Shown: one piece after another, positions 13,601-25,899 of the stretch
Position numbering within the stretch: the stretch's first letter is position 1
How the letters are laid out: every line of letters begins with the position of its first letter
Assembly: GCA_964304625.1 (NCBI GenBank)
Contig: OZ199839.1
Span: forward strand, 3,648,724-3,712,723
Direction: 5' to 3'
DNA from: Kudoa neothunni
Taxonomy: Eukaryota; Animalia; Cnidaria
DNA length: 64,000 nucleotides
Translations under genes and position numbers: made by a program
Notes under the pieces: model-generated
What the model was told of the DNA's origin: nothing
The model's database searches: none
What the model saw: the letters and a program-made list of their open reading frames with translations, nothing else

Positions 13601-14781
13601 CAAACAAGTCCTCTAATACTAATAACGGTTGCTGCTCTCAAAGGTTATAGTCGCCAAGTTGGATTAATCTAAAAGCTTTCTTAACGATTAAGATAAAGGT
13701 GCCAACACAATTGGCAATTCGGTTCTATGGTACTACTAGTTGGATGAAAACAAAAAGATTAATTCGCAGTTTTGTAGCTATTATTGGGGATAATGTTTTA
13801 CATTTGTTTCGGCCTGTTTTAGTAAATAGTGAAAAATATATTTCGACCGCCTTAATCTTAATGCTAATAACTTCAGGTTTCTTTCTATTGTGACTAATTA
13901 AAGTTAAATAGATCTAATTAGGGACTTTAAAATTCAGAATCCATTTGAAATACTGTTATTTGTTTTAGACTTATTCCAAGCTTTGTCCATTATGAAAATA
14001 TTTTATGGAAATGTTCGTTTAGACTTTTTGGACAAAATGCACGTGCATTTTAGAATATTTAGCTTGAAATTTAAACTACAAGTGACCTACGAGATCACGA
14101 TTTATTCGCTCGGACACAATTTCGTCAATTACAAAGCACATCAAAAACTGTTGGCCGAACTTTAAGCTTAAGTGAGATTAAAATGTCAATTTTATTTGGA
14201 TTTTTTAAATAGCAATGATGTTTATTATCAAGTATTATAATATCGTGGTCATATTAAGAGTTTTATAATTGAGTATGGTGGTAAGGTAATTAAAAATACT
14301 AAAGCTTTATCACTAATGGTAATTCCCTAAATTTTAGTTTTATGACTGAGGAATATTATAAATTATTTCTGAATTTTTTCGAAACGACGAATCTTAAATA
14401 TTCGAAATAAAAGCATTAAACAAGTTATTTCTTGCTAATATCCCTAATTAAAACGATTGGAATTAATGCGACGGCTTAACTTGTGACAATTGATTAATCA
14501 ATTTTTGTGTTATTATTAATTTAATAATATTATTATTTATTTGCAAATATTTAATAATCTATGTTTTGTTTTACTATGCTGTGATTTTAGTTTATATTTC
14601 ATTTTTACGATTGTCTGATAATTCATTGATATTAATTTTACAATTAAGGTTCTAAAAATACTGATTTTAATCTTAGTAAACTTAATGAACGAAAATGTCA
14701 TTAGAATACTTCCATATGTAGGCTCATTAGGTATGTTTTGTTTGTGATTCGGTGAAGCTCATTACGCGAGGTGAAGAACAT

Positions 14782-14872
14782 TTATAAATTTATTTTGGAA
14801 AATTAGAAGTATATCCGACAAAAAACTTATAAATTTATTTTTCAAAATTAGAAGCGTATCCGAGACAAATAC
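14782..14872 (+). repeat. Imperfect direct tandem duplication, two units of about 45 bp
   Basis: ttataaatttattttggaaaattagaagtatatccgacaaa followed by ttataaatttatttttcaaaattagaagcgtatccgagacaaa. Confidence 0.8.
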
Positions 14873-14926
14873 AAATCTATGATTTTTCCCCAAAGCGAAA
14901 TATTATTGTGTCATAAAGTTAGGTAA

Positions 14927-16074
14927 TCCTTTATATATACAAAGGAGGACTGTCGGTAGGTTTGTGTGTGTATGCCCTAAGTACGCATATGCGGATAATT
15001 TTTTCCTTATAGAGAGCCAGCCATATATAAAAATTTTATAAATTTTTGATATTTAAAAAAATCGTTTAATTGTTTTCGGACTACTAAAATTTCCAAAAGG
15101 TATTTATGAAATAGTGATTTTGTCGATTTAAAGTTGTTTAGCTGATTACATGCGTTCAACTATAGGATTAGCGCTTGCTTATGTCATGGTGACGGTCGGT
15201 TGAAGTTAACTATCTCCCTTATATACTCTATCATATGTTAATTGAACGATGCCGTCTATCTTTAAGTATAAGATTTGTGCGTTTATTTTATTGTTTGCTA
15301 AAATAAATTCCTTATATCGGGAGTTTTAATGTAATTGACTTGATAAACACATTTTGAAGGCTCTATCAGTAGATATAGATACGAAAAAATGTCAATATTC
15401 GTATTATTATTTAGTTGGTTATGCGTGTTATAATCAGATAGATTGAAGCACTATTACACAAGTACCGTGTCCGTAAATTTCATTGAAACCATCCGTTATG
15501 TTGAACTTTCAGTAATTCAATTCAATTCAGTGCAGATGGTTGTATGGTTACGTCATCCGATTATTTAAATTATTTGTTAGAAAAAGCGCATTAAAGTTTT
15601 GCGGACCAAAGGATATTAATTTTAGCAATATCAATTAATTTTCTTACGTTTTCTTCTATCTCTATTGCTTTCTCCATTTTTTTATCTCTTAAAAAGTTAG
15701 TGGTACACACAGTTATCGAGCGGGGCCAGAATTCGACTTTTAAAAATCCTCCGGCCAAAAAATAACGTTTTAGATAACACTCTAACGAGATTTAAATAAT
15801 TCGGGAATGAAAAAAATACGATGCTGACCTTAACTTATTTAGCGTTGTTGCCGAGCCACGAAATTTTAAATGAACGCCAGGATTGGAACACACCTTCAAA
15901 GAAATGAACATAATTTAAACTTCATGATCCAAATCGTTAAAGTATATTGCTTAAAATTTTTTAGTTATTTTGCATCTATGGGTTAATTTTCGGCTTAAAT
16001 ATATTTTTCGAATATTGTTAAGAAACGTATCTATGCGAAATCTTCCCCAAGCAACGCTGGGCAGTTCCCGCTAG
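14927..16074 (+). mobile_element. Non-autonomous Helitron
   Basis: 5' TC end (tcctttatatatacaaag), 3' GC-rich hairpin CCCAAGC-aac-GCTGGG followed by a CTAG terminus, inserted between A and T with no TSD. Confidence 0.75.
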
Positions 16075-16494
16075 TATTTATTAAAGTCAGTGTTTAAAAC
16101 GATTAATGCAATCACTCCTAAAATAAATATTTTTACAATAAACGTGCGTTTGCAATTCAACGTCGATAGCATTATTTAATCTATTCATAAGTTACAGTAT
16201 TCCAACTCCTTGTCAACCATAATTTTAATTTCCTAGAAAATCTTACAGATTCTTGGGGAAAAATGTTTATTGAAAATTTTCGTAGATTAAAAAAAACTTT
16301 TGACTATTAAATTAACTCCTAAAATGCTTCTAACTAGAACTTTATCTCATCTAAGAAGAAATACTGGACTACAAAAACAAAGATTATCAAGAAAAAGCAC
16401 TGCATAGACATAAATAAAGCGGTCCAAATGCAAATAACGGACCAAGTTTACAAAACTAAAAGACAATAAACGAGCTGTGAGATAGCTGTAGCTG

Positions 16495-16844
16495 TCATTC
16501 GGTGTTTAAATATTTATTCCTGAAACAAACTTGACACACTGTCCACCGTGCTTTGATGCCTCCACATTCATTGCAATATTCAAGATCAGATCTGTATTTA
16601 GATCTCTGTGCAAAGTGACGTCTTCTTACGACCCGTTTGGGACGCCTTCTTTTTGGAGCCGCAAACAATTCGAAATTTTCTAAAAGCAGTTAGAACAATC
16701 ATTATAGAATTTGTTACGTAGAAACCAGTTTGTAATTGCTGGTAATTGGAAAGTTAACTCCTTTGGTGTACTATAAATGAATTTGGTGAGCAATTGTTCC
16801 AAGAAAACGGTAGTATTTGGAATTAGCACTGGAAGCATGGACAT
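16495..16844 (-). CDS. MRPL32: Mitochondrial ribosomal protein bL32m, two exons
   Basis: After 38-nt intron 16680-16717: FAAPKRRRPKRVVRRRHF...YCNECGGIKARWTVCQVC (AAPK motif plus two CxxC), preceded by a presequence-like N-terminus. Confidence 0.85.
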
Positions 16845-18976
16845 TTTTCGAGTGCGCACGCATCCCACAATTTAAATAATTTGAAAATATTGGAATTTAT
16901 TTAAAAATTTCGTAATAATGACACACAATATTTATATGAAATTAATTAACATTGATAATATGATTTTAAATCAAAGGATTCAATCTAATAAACGACGTTC
17001 TCTATAGAGCAGCGTTTCCCAACGTGGGGCGTGAAATTTTTTGATCATGTAATTAATTAAAAGTTCTGGTTAGATACAGATATTTTTGATAGTTAATAGA
17101 AAATATTTGTTGGATGCAAGCAATGATTTGGCATAATGGATTAGTGTGTGACGCGTTCATATCATAATCTTCTGCATTTTTTGTCAATTTTCTTTTTAAA
17201 AATTATTTATAGACAAAAATGATAAAGAGAAATAGTTTTAGTCTTAATTTGGTATACATTAACATTTCTTCTGCTTTCCGTTGACCCCTTATTTCAGCGA
17301 ATAATGTTTTAATTTCAAAGTTAATTTCCATATTACAAATCCATTATATTTTACTTGGTAATTGGACAGAGATTTTGCATGTTTAAAAACTATTTAATTG
17401 AGGTATAATTTTTGCATTACCTGAAAGCTATCTAATAAAATGATCTAATAGTTAAGTTATAAATGGATAGATAAATTGATTGAATTAAATTAACCTTAAA
17501 ATAATGAACCATTTGATAATTAATATATTTTAATGGATAAAATTTTTATTAAAATTCACATCTAATTTTAACCAAACAATGTATATTGATTCTTAATTGC
17601 AAAAATGTAATAGGAAGAATCAGAAATACACGCTTACATATGATATAAAAGTTATGTGTATATAAGTAAGCCAGTGGTTTAAAAACTAATAATTTGTATA
17701 CCGTGTAATTGATCTTTGTATAGAACGAATATGAAAAAATATGTTGATTTTTTTCAAAAACTATTTTTTAACACTAAAATTGATGATATTAGTTGGTAAA
17801 CATTTTGATTGAATAAATTATTATGAGAAAATGTATATATCTATTATCTCTTATGAAAAATATTATTTTTAGCTTATTTGTATTTATTAAAGGGGAAAAT
17901 AATTCAGGAGATTAACGGAAATGTGTAATTATTTTGATGTAAAATACTGACATTGATTCTCGAGCCCGTAGATCACAATAACTTCCGAAATTAACTGAGA
18001 TTCCTTTAATCTTTAGTATTTTATATCTATAATTCTTTTCGCGTGAAAATTTGAATTTAAAAATTTCTGACTCACTATTACTCTAAATATCTTAAGTGTC
18101 TTAGTGCCGCGTTTCCGCGAAAATAATACCTAATGGCTATTTCTTCCGTAAAATTATCGAGTTTTCAACTGAACTCGGCGTTTTTTTAGTTCTGACCCCT
18201 ATTCACATTTAAATATTAAATCATTTTAAACCTACTATATTATTAATTTTTATTTAAGAATGGTTATAATTTTTTTATATATTTTGATTATGGTAATATT
18301 TTATGATAAAACTACTTTAATGTTTACAAATTATTCTTTTCATTCAATTTTTGTATAAATAAAATATTACCATAAAAGTGATGCCCAGATTTAAATTAAA
18401 TATTGGTATTAAAAAAATTGTTAACAAATTTCCGACCGTATTACAAAAAAGAAACAAATAACCGTAGATCTGATATTTATATAGGTTATATTATAGAATA
18501 ATTTCCCCGCGAACGTTTAACTCTATTAACCAATGAGCTTGGTTAGTATTCGCCACATGTAATTTATAGAATGAAAGAATTCTTTTTCACATTCCATCTT
18601 CTAAGATGTTAAATAATCCCACTTAATTTTCTATACTTTCTATACTTTTTATGCATTTATCTCCAAACTTGATTAAAGATATCGCCTTTTCCTAGACTTT
18701 GTATAAACGTAAAATCGAATCGTTTTATGTTTTAATATCTCTAAGGATATAATTTAAATAAGAATAATTAAAGATGACCTATTATAGACCATAAATAAAA
18801 TTGTTCTTAGCACTCGAAACGAATTTAATTATAACGTGTAAGAATGTATATATTTTCCCTTGGGGTCTGCCTTTAACATAAAAATCATCAAAAATACTTT
18901 TTAATAGAGATTTTCATGTTTAAATATGAATTTTCGTCAGAACAATAAATACTGAGTTCAGTTGAGAAACCTTATA

Positions 18977-20194
18977 CAGTTAGTGAATGGTGATTCGTAA
19001 TCTCATTGGGACCAAGAAAAAATTACGAACCGCATGTATTGTATGTGTGGTTCGTAATGTCTAAGGTTGCAAGCACGATATTATGGAGGGAAATATGCTA
19101 CAAATCAACTACATTACGTAATCGATTTTGCATACTTTTTTGCACATGCACATAATAATTATATATCCCCTTTTTTGGAATTTAGAAGAAAAATTGATAT
19201 TTTTATTGAAATAATATAAACGAATATAAATTCTATAACAACAAAAAAATAAAGGGATACTTAGTTTCAATTTTTGAAAAAATCACTAATTTTAATTTGT
19301 GTCATATTTTGACGTATACAAATCAATTTCCAATTCTAACTAAGATCGGAAACGACCTAAACTTGTTTAAATTGTGAGAAAACTTAGTTCCTTTTTAGAG
19401 GAGGCCACTTAGGACTGCTATATTTGATATGTTGAAATGTCTCACGGTAACTATCGCAACGTTTATTTATGGAAGATTTTCGAAGTATTTCATTATTTTG
19501 TATTTTCCTTCCAATGTAGTTGTATTTCTATCTTCGCTTATCGCTAAATTTCTAATTTTTCTGCGAATAATGCTACATTGATTAACAGACAGCCTGGAAA
19601 AAAGTGTGCAAAATCGATACATCAAGTGATTTTGGATACGCATTTTACACCATTTACAGTGTATTATTTGGACCAAAATTACCGTTATGCTTAATGTATT
19701 CGTTTATATAAACGTTGGAAATATTTAGAGTCATAATTAAATAAATTCACAAAAAGTGTGCAAAAGCGATTACCGACTGTATAATAATAAATTATATTGA
19801 AGTAAATTACTCAGTTATAGTAACATTTTTAAGTTTTTTGACGATTATATTGTATACTTGTCGTTCAATATCCGTTTTATGTTTACAACTATTTAAACCA
19901 TGATATTTCAAGTAATGTCTTAAATCAGACAAATGAAAGAGGCAATTTTGAGTGGAATAATTTTTCTTCCTTCGTTGTCGTTAAATTTACGAAAATTTTC
20001 ATCTCTGCAACAGTTGACATCACTTTCAATATTGTTTCCGCCCAATGCCTTCACTGGTTCTTGAAAAACTTTATTGATTCATATTTCTCTGTTAATGTCC
20101 TAACTCAATTTTAATTTCTGTCCTTATTTCGCCATTAATCGAAAACAAAAATCTCAACGAACCTGAAAAGTTACGAACTACACGTCACCCACTG
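18977..20194. mobile_element. TA-flanked pogo/Tigger-like non-autonomous element (host of a nested element)
   Basis: TA|cagttagtgaatggtgattcgtaa versus ttacgaactacacgtcacccactg|TA, with an internal inverted repeat attacgaacc...ggttcgtaat. Confidence 0.6.
19112..19779. mobile_element. TA-flanked Tc1/mariner-type MITE nested in the previous element
   Basis: TIRs cattacgtaatcgattttgcatacttttt / aaaaagtgtgcaaaagcgattaccgactg, with an internal repeat of the TIR core near 19600. Confidence 0.7.
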
Positions 20195-21052
20195 TAATTT
20201 TACACAAGAAATAACCACTAGACCTGATTTTCGAGGCAACACGGTATATATCAATACTTTAGACACAGCATTTTTAAAATCTATCTAAAAACGTGAATTG
20301 ACGGAGTCTACATAATTTTATGGGAGATATGTACCTTTAATGACAGTTATTTAAAGTTAGGACTCAATAAGATATTTTGGCCAATCGTTCAGCTATAATC
20401 CTTAAAAAAATAGAGTAGGTAATTACGAAGCAAAATGACACGAAAAATTTTATTTTCCAATAACTAACACAATAATAAAAAAATTCTATATGGATGCAAT
20501 TACATGGTACAAAGTTGTGAAACTAAAATCAATTGCTTAATTAATTGAAAAATTATCTAATATACGCAGGAAATAATTAAAAAATTAAATAAATGACGGA
20601 AGGAATGAATGAATGAAAATTGCATGCATAGCGCCTGAAGAACCACCACATCTCACTTAAAGAAGCTCAATAACAGAATCAGTGTTATGTTGGCACTGTG
20701 TTTCGTATCAACTAAATATGTGGCAAAGTTACATCCAATACTAAAAAATTAAATAAACAAATAGATTGAAATCGATTTTCTCACGTTAAACTTTAGCAAA
20801 ACGCGAAGATGTCACATGCGTGCCGAAAATATCGTGGCAAAATGAACAACAAAACTCAAACTTTCCCATCATGCCTGCGCATTATTATAGGCCAGTATCA
20901 ATAGAAAACTTTGGATTCTCACTGCAACCATTCAAATATTACCAAATTCATCAACCACTCGTTTGTTCTTGACACCTATCGATCAATCCCAACAAATTGC
21001 ACTCCGATAGGTGAGAAATTTCCCAATAGCTTCGGATAAGATAGTGCACAAA

Positions 21053-21517
21053 ATGGAGTATGCTAAGTTGAACAAATTACTAAGCCAGAAAAAATTAGGT
21101 CTATGCGAACGATATGAACAAACTAAAGATAAAAAATTTATATGTTATCTCAGGGTGTTGAAAGACGAATTTAGCGGAACCGGCCCATCGAAAAAGAAAG
21201 CCAAATTAGAAGCCATAACGAATATCCTTCCCCACATTGAGGGTATTGACATTAGTCAGTGTACCTATCTTAGAACCAAGTTCAAAGATCTTCGAGATAA
21301 ACCTTGTAGACTCTTGGAATATGTGATGGAGTGTAGAAAGGAAGCTTCACCTAAATACGTAATGTCAAAGGATAAAATGGGATGGTTTCATTGTGAATTG
21401 CATGTTACCTGCTTTGATACGCCGTACCATGGTGTAGGAGCTACAATCAAAGAGTCCAGAGAGAACGCAGCGCTAAAAATGTTAGACGATTGTCAAATTG
21501 GCGAGAAAGAAGGTTAG
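21053..21517 (+). CDS. Small protein with two double-stranded RNA-binding motifs and no catalytic domain
   Basis: dsRBM1 FICYLRV..EFSGTGPSKKKAKLEA and dsRBM2 PKYVM...FHCELHV...YHGVGATIKESRENAALKML. About 154 aa from ATG 21053. Confidence 0.8.
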   Translation: MEYAKLNKLLSQKKLGLCERYEQTKDKKFICYLRVLKDEFSGTGPSKKKAKLEAITNILPHIEGIDISQCTYLRTKFKDLRDKPCRLLEYVMECRKEASPKYVMSKDKMGWFHCELHVTCFDTPYHGVGATIKESRENAALKMLDDCQIGEKEG

Positions 21518-21550
21518 TTTTTGCTGTTCCTCCTTCGATTATAGCCCTAT

Positions 21551-22762
21551 TTATGGAACCCACCTTTCGATTAAGCATTCCTATTATATATGTGAATTGA
21601 TTGTTATGATTTTTTCTTAACTTAGTTTGCATTACATCGATGTGAATTGATTTTAAATATCGCGTGGGATATTTACTGTTAGAGCCTGACAAAGCGCTCT
21701 CCTGGTCAACTACAATCATAAGCACTTTCTTTAGACATTGATTGGCCACTCGATTAACGGCCATTAAATCTAATGATGACATTGACTTGGAGCTCGCATC
21801 TTGTACATAGACCATAAAATTGGAGTGATGAAAAGGCATGCCATCTTTATACAAAACTATAATAATAACAATAAATGATGATAATGATAAATAATGATGA
21901 TGATGTATTTTATTGTTTGTGGGTGTTAGTTTAAGCGCTTAAACTTATTTAATTACCAAAATCACAACCGTAATTTGTTCCAAGACGAACCACCCACTCA
22001 TTACTACGTAGATAATGGTAGGCAGCATATTCCAATCTGAATCGGTCGGGATACGTTTCATTAAAATAATCCCATAATTCAACAATAGTCATTGGTTGCT
22101 AGATTAGATATTCTTTCAAGGGATAATAACAGACAACAAGCCAATACTTCACTATTTTTGTACACGTTAACACAATCCAACGCGTAAAGCAAAAAGAAGC
22201 ACTAGAAACATTTGATTTTTTGTATAAATAACAAAAAATGTACTTCATGCGAAGAGAGACGATAGCTTTCATCCGTTAACCTAAGAATACCATTGTCGGA
22301 ATCTTTATCGAAAACTGATTTGAATATTTTCAGTTGTTTTTCATAACCTTTCTTGAATTGTTCAATGAGTGCAGGCGAATAATCTTAAGGTAAAGAATGT
22401 GTATTATACAGCGATTTCACACGAAATACTTGCAATGTGTTGATTTTGGGATATGTTGAACTGTGGGTTAGTGGCTATATCTTGTAGAATGTCAAAAATA
22501 GGTTCACTTCTTGTGAGTGTACATTTTCCAAAAAATCCCTAATCAATAATGCTAAATGAAACTAGATTGATACAATTACTCGAAAATATAATTTTTTGGC
22601 TTCCTCATACGAAGGCACGATTATTTTATATTTGGAGATTATTTTCACAGTGAACTTATGAAATCCTTTAGCCGGATCATTATCTATAAATTCCATCGGA
22701 AACCTTCTATAAACAGAGGTTATTTGGGCTTCTTTAGCAACACTCTTCCATGGCGTTTCCAT
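21551..22762 (-). CDS. TSEN2: tRNA-splicing endonuclease catalytic subunit Sen2, multi-exon
   Basis: GFFGKCTLTRSEP, YAAYHYLRSNEWVVRLGTNYGCDF|VLYKDGMPFHHS (catalytic Y and H), RVANQCLKK (catalytic K region), and a terminal exon ECLIERWVP*. Confidence 0.9.
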
Positions 22763-23650
22763 TGTCTATTTACTGCGCAGTCGTTGCAACACGTTAACCT
22801 CATGAAGGTTCGTTTGTAGTTTTGTTGCACAATTGTTCGATTTGGGACAATATCTAAAATATTTGAAATTACACGACTTTTTGGAAAATTTGAGATTATT
22901 TTATAAATTTATTGTAATCATAAGTAAATTAAACTTGACAATACAACAAGTATTGAGTATTGGGGGTTTAAGTCACAAACTCTTCAAAATTCGTAAATAA
23001 AGTAACAGGAATAATTTTCGATGGGTTTGCCGAGATAATTTTTCTAAAGTTATATATACATTATTTTTGTATTATGTTGAGGATATTCTGAGAAAATATC
23101 TATCTAATTCAGGGTTAATCGGGAATAATCTAAATCGCTACTTTTCGACGATGTTCGGCAACGCGTCAACCTAAAATTCATTTTAATATTTATTTATGGT
23201 GCAACTAATGTAAATTATTTTAGTTTTCGTTTCGAAATTCAATACTAATTAAAATTATTTATTGACGTTAATAATTTCAGTTTAGAGTCGGACGCAGCCA
23301 TAAAAACAAAATTTAAATAATTTTGTACGCGATTTTAAATCCTTTGAATAGTAAAAAATAATATCTTAATTATTCTTATTCTTTACAATTTATTATAATG
23401 TAATTATGCCGATACTTTGATCAACTATATTCGTTAGATTTGTTTCAATGAGGGGTTGAAAAGAATTGATTATATTTGCAAGAAATCGTCTTTTCGTAAT
23501 TAAATCTCATCGTTGTGTAGATATTGATTTGCACTAATTTTTAGAGGCATCTAAATTATCTAACTAAATCTGATACGAGTTTGTGAAGATTATATTTAAA
23601 TAATAATAACCTGTTTTCATTGTGCTGTAAATCTTCTAGAACGTCTAAAA

Positions 23651-24653
23651 CAGCAGTTCTTAAGTTGAGATTCACGGATACCCAAGCGATCTGTGAATCA
23701 TTTCAATAAAATTTGAATTAAATTTTATCAATATGCATTGATTGTAATTAGGTATTTTTCAAAATTTGCGCAATTATTAAAGATATCTAATATACTCTTG
23801 CGTTATTGTTTTTTATAAATATTTGATGTCTGTTACAAAGTTTACTTGTTCTATCAATTATCTTGTAAAAATAAATATAAAAACAAAATTTACAAAAATT
23901 GCTTCTAATATTGCAGGCTGTGAAATTAGAATGATTTCTCTCATCACAACAGCCTATTTTTGCCAATCTAGATTTTCCACGTTAGTTACCATAGAAACAA
24001 AGTCGCGAAATCGCTTATACGCGGGTTGCAGTTTTAATTACTTTGTTAAATTTCTGCGAACTTGTTGATAAAAATCAAGTAAAAAATATCATAAAATATT
24101 CTTTTAATGTCTATTATTATATACAGGAAATATGTTTTTGCATTAAAGTTACATTCTATTATATAATAATCCTTCACTCTTTAACTCTATTAAAAAACGA
24201 TAATTGAGATTTTATATGATAAAAATATTTAGATTATTATAACAAAAATTTTCACTTAGGAATTTTTATATGGATTTTAACTTTAAATGTTTGAACGTGT
24301 GTTTATATATTAATCCAACAAATTTCATTAAATTTTTATTTTATGATATTATGCGTCATTGTCTATACTTGGTCAGAGTTTCAATAACTTCTAAAAGAAT
24401 TTCTGGGAAGGATTTAAACTTTTTTAATATTTTTATTGTTCAAAATGATTCGTTTCTTAGTGATTAGAAATATTAGTTTTCTATTTAAAACAAAATCACC
24501 ACATAATTAATTTACATAGAAAATATTTTAATAAAATTTGTTTCATTGGATAAATAATTCAAGTTAAGTTAAAATATATATATATATATGTACGTTTGGG
24601 TTGCCCATTAAAGCAAATTGGGGTACGCAAGTGAGAAAGATTAAGAGCCACAG
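23651..24653 (+). mobile_element. hAT (Charlie/Buster) internal-deletion derivative
   Basis: Perfect 8-bp TSD gtctaaaa (23643-23650 and 24654-24661) and degenerate TIRs. Internal TTAYFCQSRFSTLVTIETKSRNRL resembles the hAT C-terminal dimerisation motif (TTYLCESGFS...KTKxRNRL). Confidence 0.85.
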
Positions 24654-25899
24654 GTCTAAAAATTTTGATCATTCGCTGTTATCAAAAGATTGCTTTTTTG
24701 AGAAAGTTTTATTGTAATAGAAACATTTATTATTATATAAAATCTCTTAATGTATATAACATTCACTTTATAATTAAAATTAATTTTCATATATTTTAGA
24801 ATAATTTATTCTTATGTATTTAGATCGGCCAGAGTTTTTTAACTTAAAATCACAAAATATTCATCGTAATTTCAAATGAAATAAACGAAATATTTTTAAT
24901 AATACAAATTAATGAAGTTGGTGTATAAAGAATTACTTGGAAATAAAATAATATTAACGCTGATGTTATATCTTAATACACCATATTAGTTGTATTTCAA
25001 CGAATTTAACACATTACATTCAGTTTTCCTTAAACTGATATTTTTTATTGCTTTACTTTGAAAAATATTTACTACAAATAAGGTTGAGCTAAACATATCA
25101 TGACGCCATAATTTGGCTTCATTGATTATAAGAATTGGTTATACTTTTTGGGCTAAAAAATTTAAAGTATAATGTTTAAAAAAATATTTGATTAAATAAA
25201 GCTTCTAATTAATATTTATAATAAATTATGAGGAATTCTGCCTACAATTGACAGTAATTATGTTGAGTTATATATATTTTAATGGATCTATACATCGTTA
25301 ATTAATTTTTCAAGACATTGAAAAATATTAAAAAATTAAAATATTCAGGCATTTATTAAAGTGAGAGCTTTATTTTAAAAAAGCAACGATGTCAATATAA
25401 ACGCATATTTTGGTGGAATACTGAAAATTTGTTAATAAACGATAGTAGCGTTTCCTCATTTAAACTTTTATAATCCATAATTTATATTTTCTACACGAGA
25501 AAAATCGACAGTTATTTTCTTTAACCAACGAATACATAAACCGGACTATTTTTATGTACATCAATTTTTTAATGAATGACGACTGAATGTATATTAATCC
25601 TGTTGTGAGATAAAACACAAAAAAATTAATTTTTCAGAATACTAGACATTATTATTATTATTATTCAAATTTTCTAGGGTTTACCAACACAGATATAAAC
25701 ATGTGATTGCCCCAAAGGATTAAAATGTGAAATTTAAGAAATATAACGAAATTTTAGGGATAAATAAAATCTATATGTCTATCTAGAATAATCAAATAAA
25801 ACACTTAAACTTTAATACATAACACAATGTCAAATAAAAATGTCGATACAGAAGAAATATTGCGCCAAAACACCATGAAAATAGAATTAATATCAACAA

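Noticed and set aside
14782-14872. Direct repeats as a possible CRISPR-like array
   Set aside because: Only two adjacent imperfect units, no spacers, and a eukaryotic context.
16680-16868. ORF beginning MGCVRTRK resembles ribosomal protein S17 (MGRVRTK)
   Set aside because: It starts at GTG, the similarity stops after 7 residues, and the spliced product is MRPL32. The resemblance comes from the GCGCA element.
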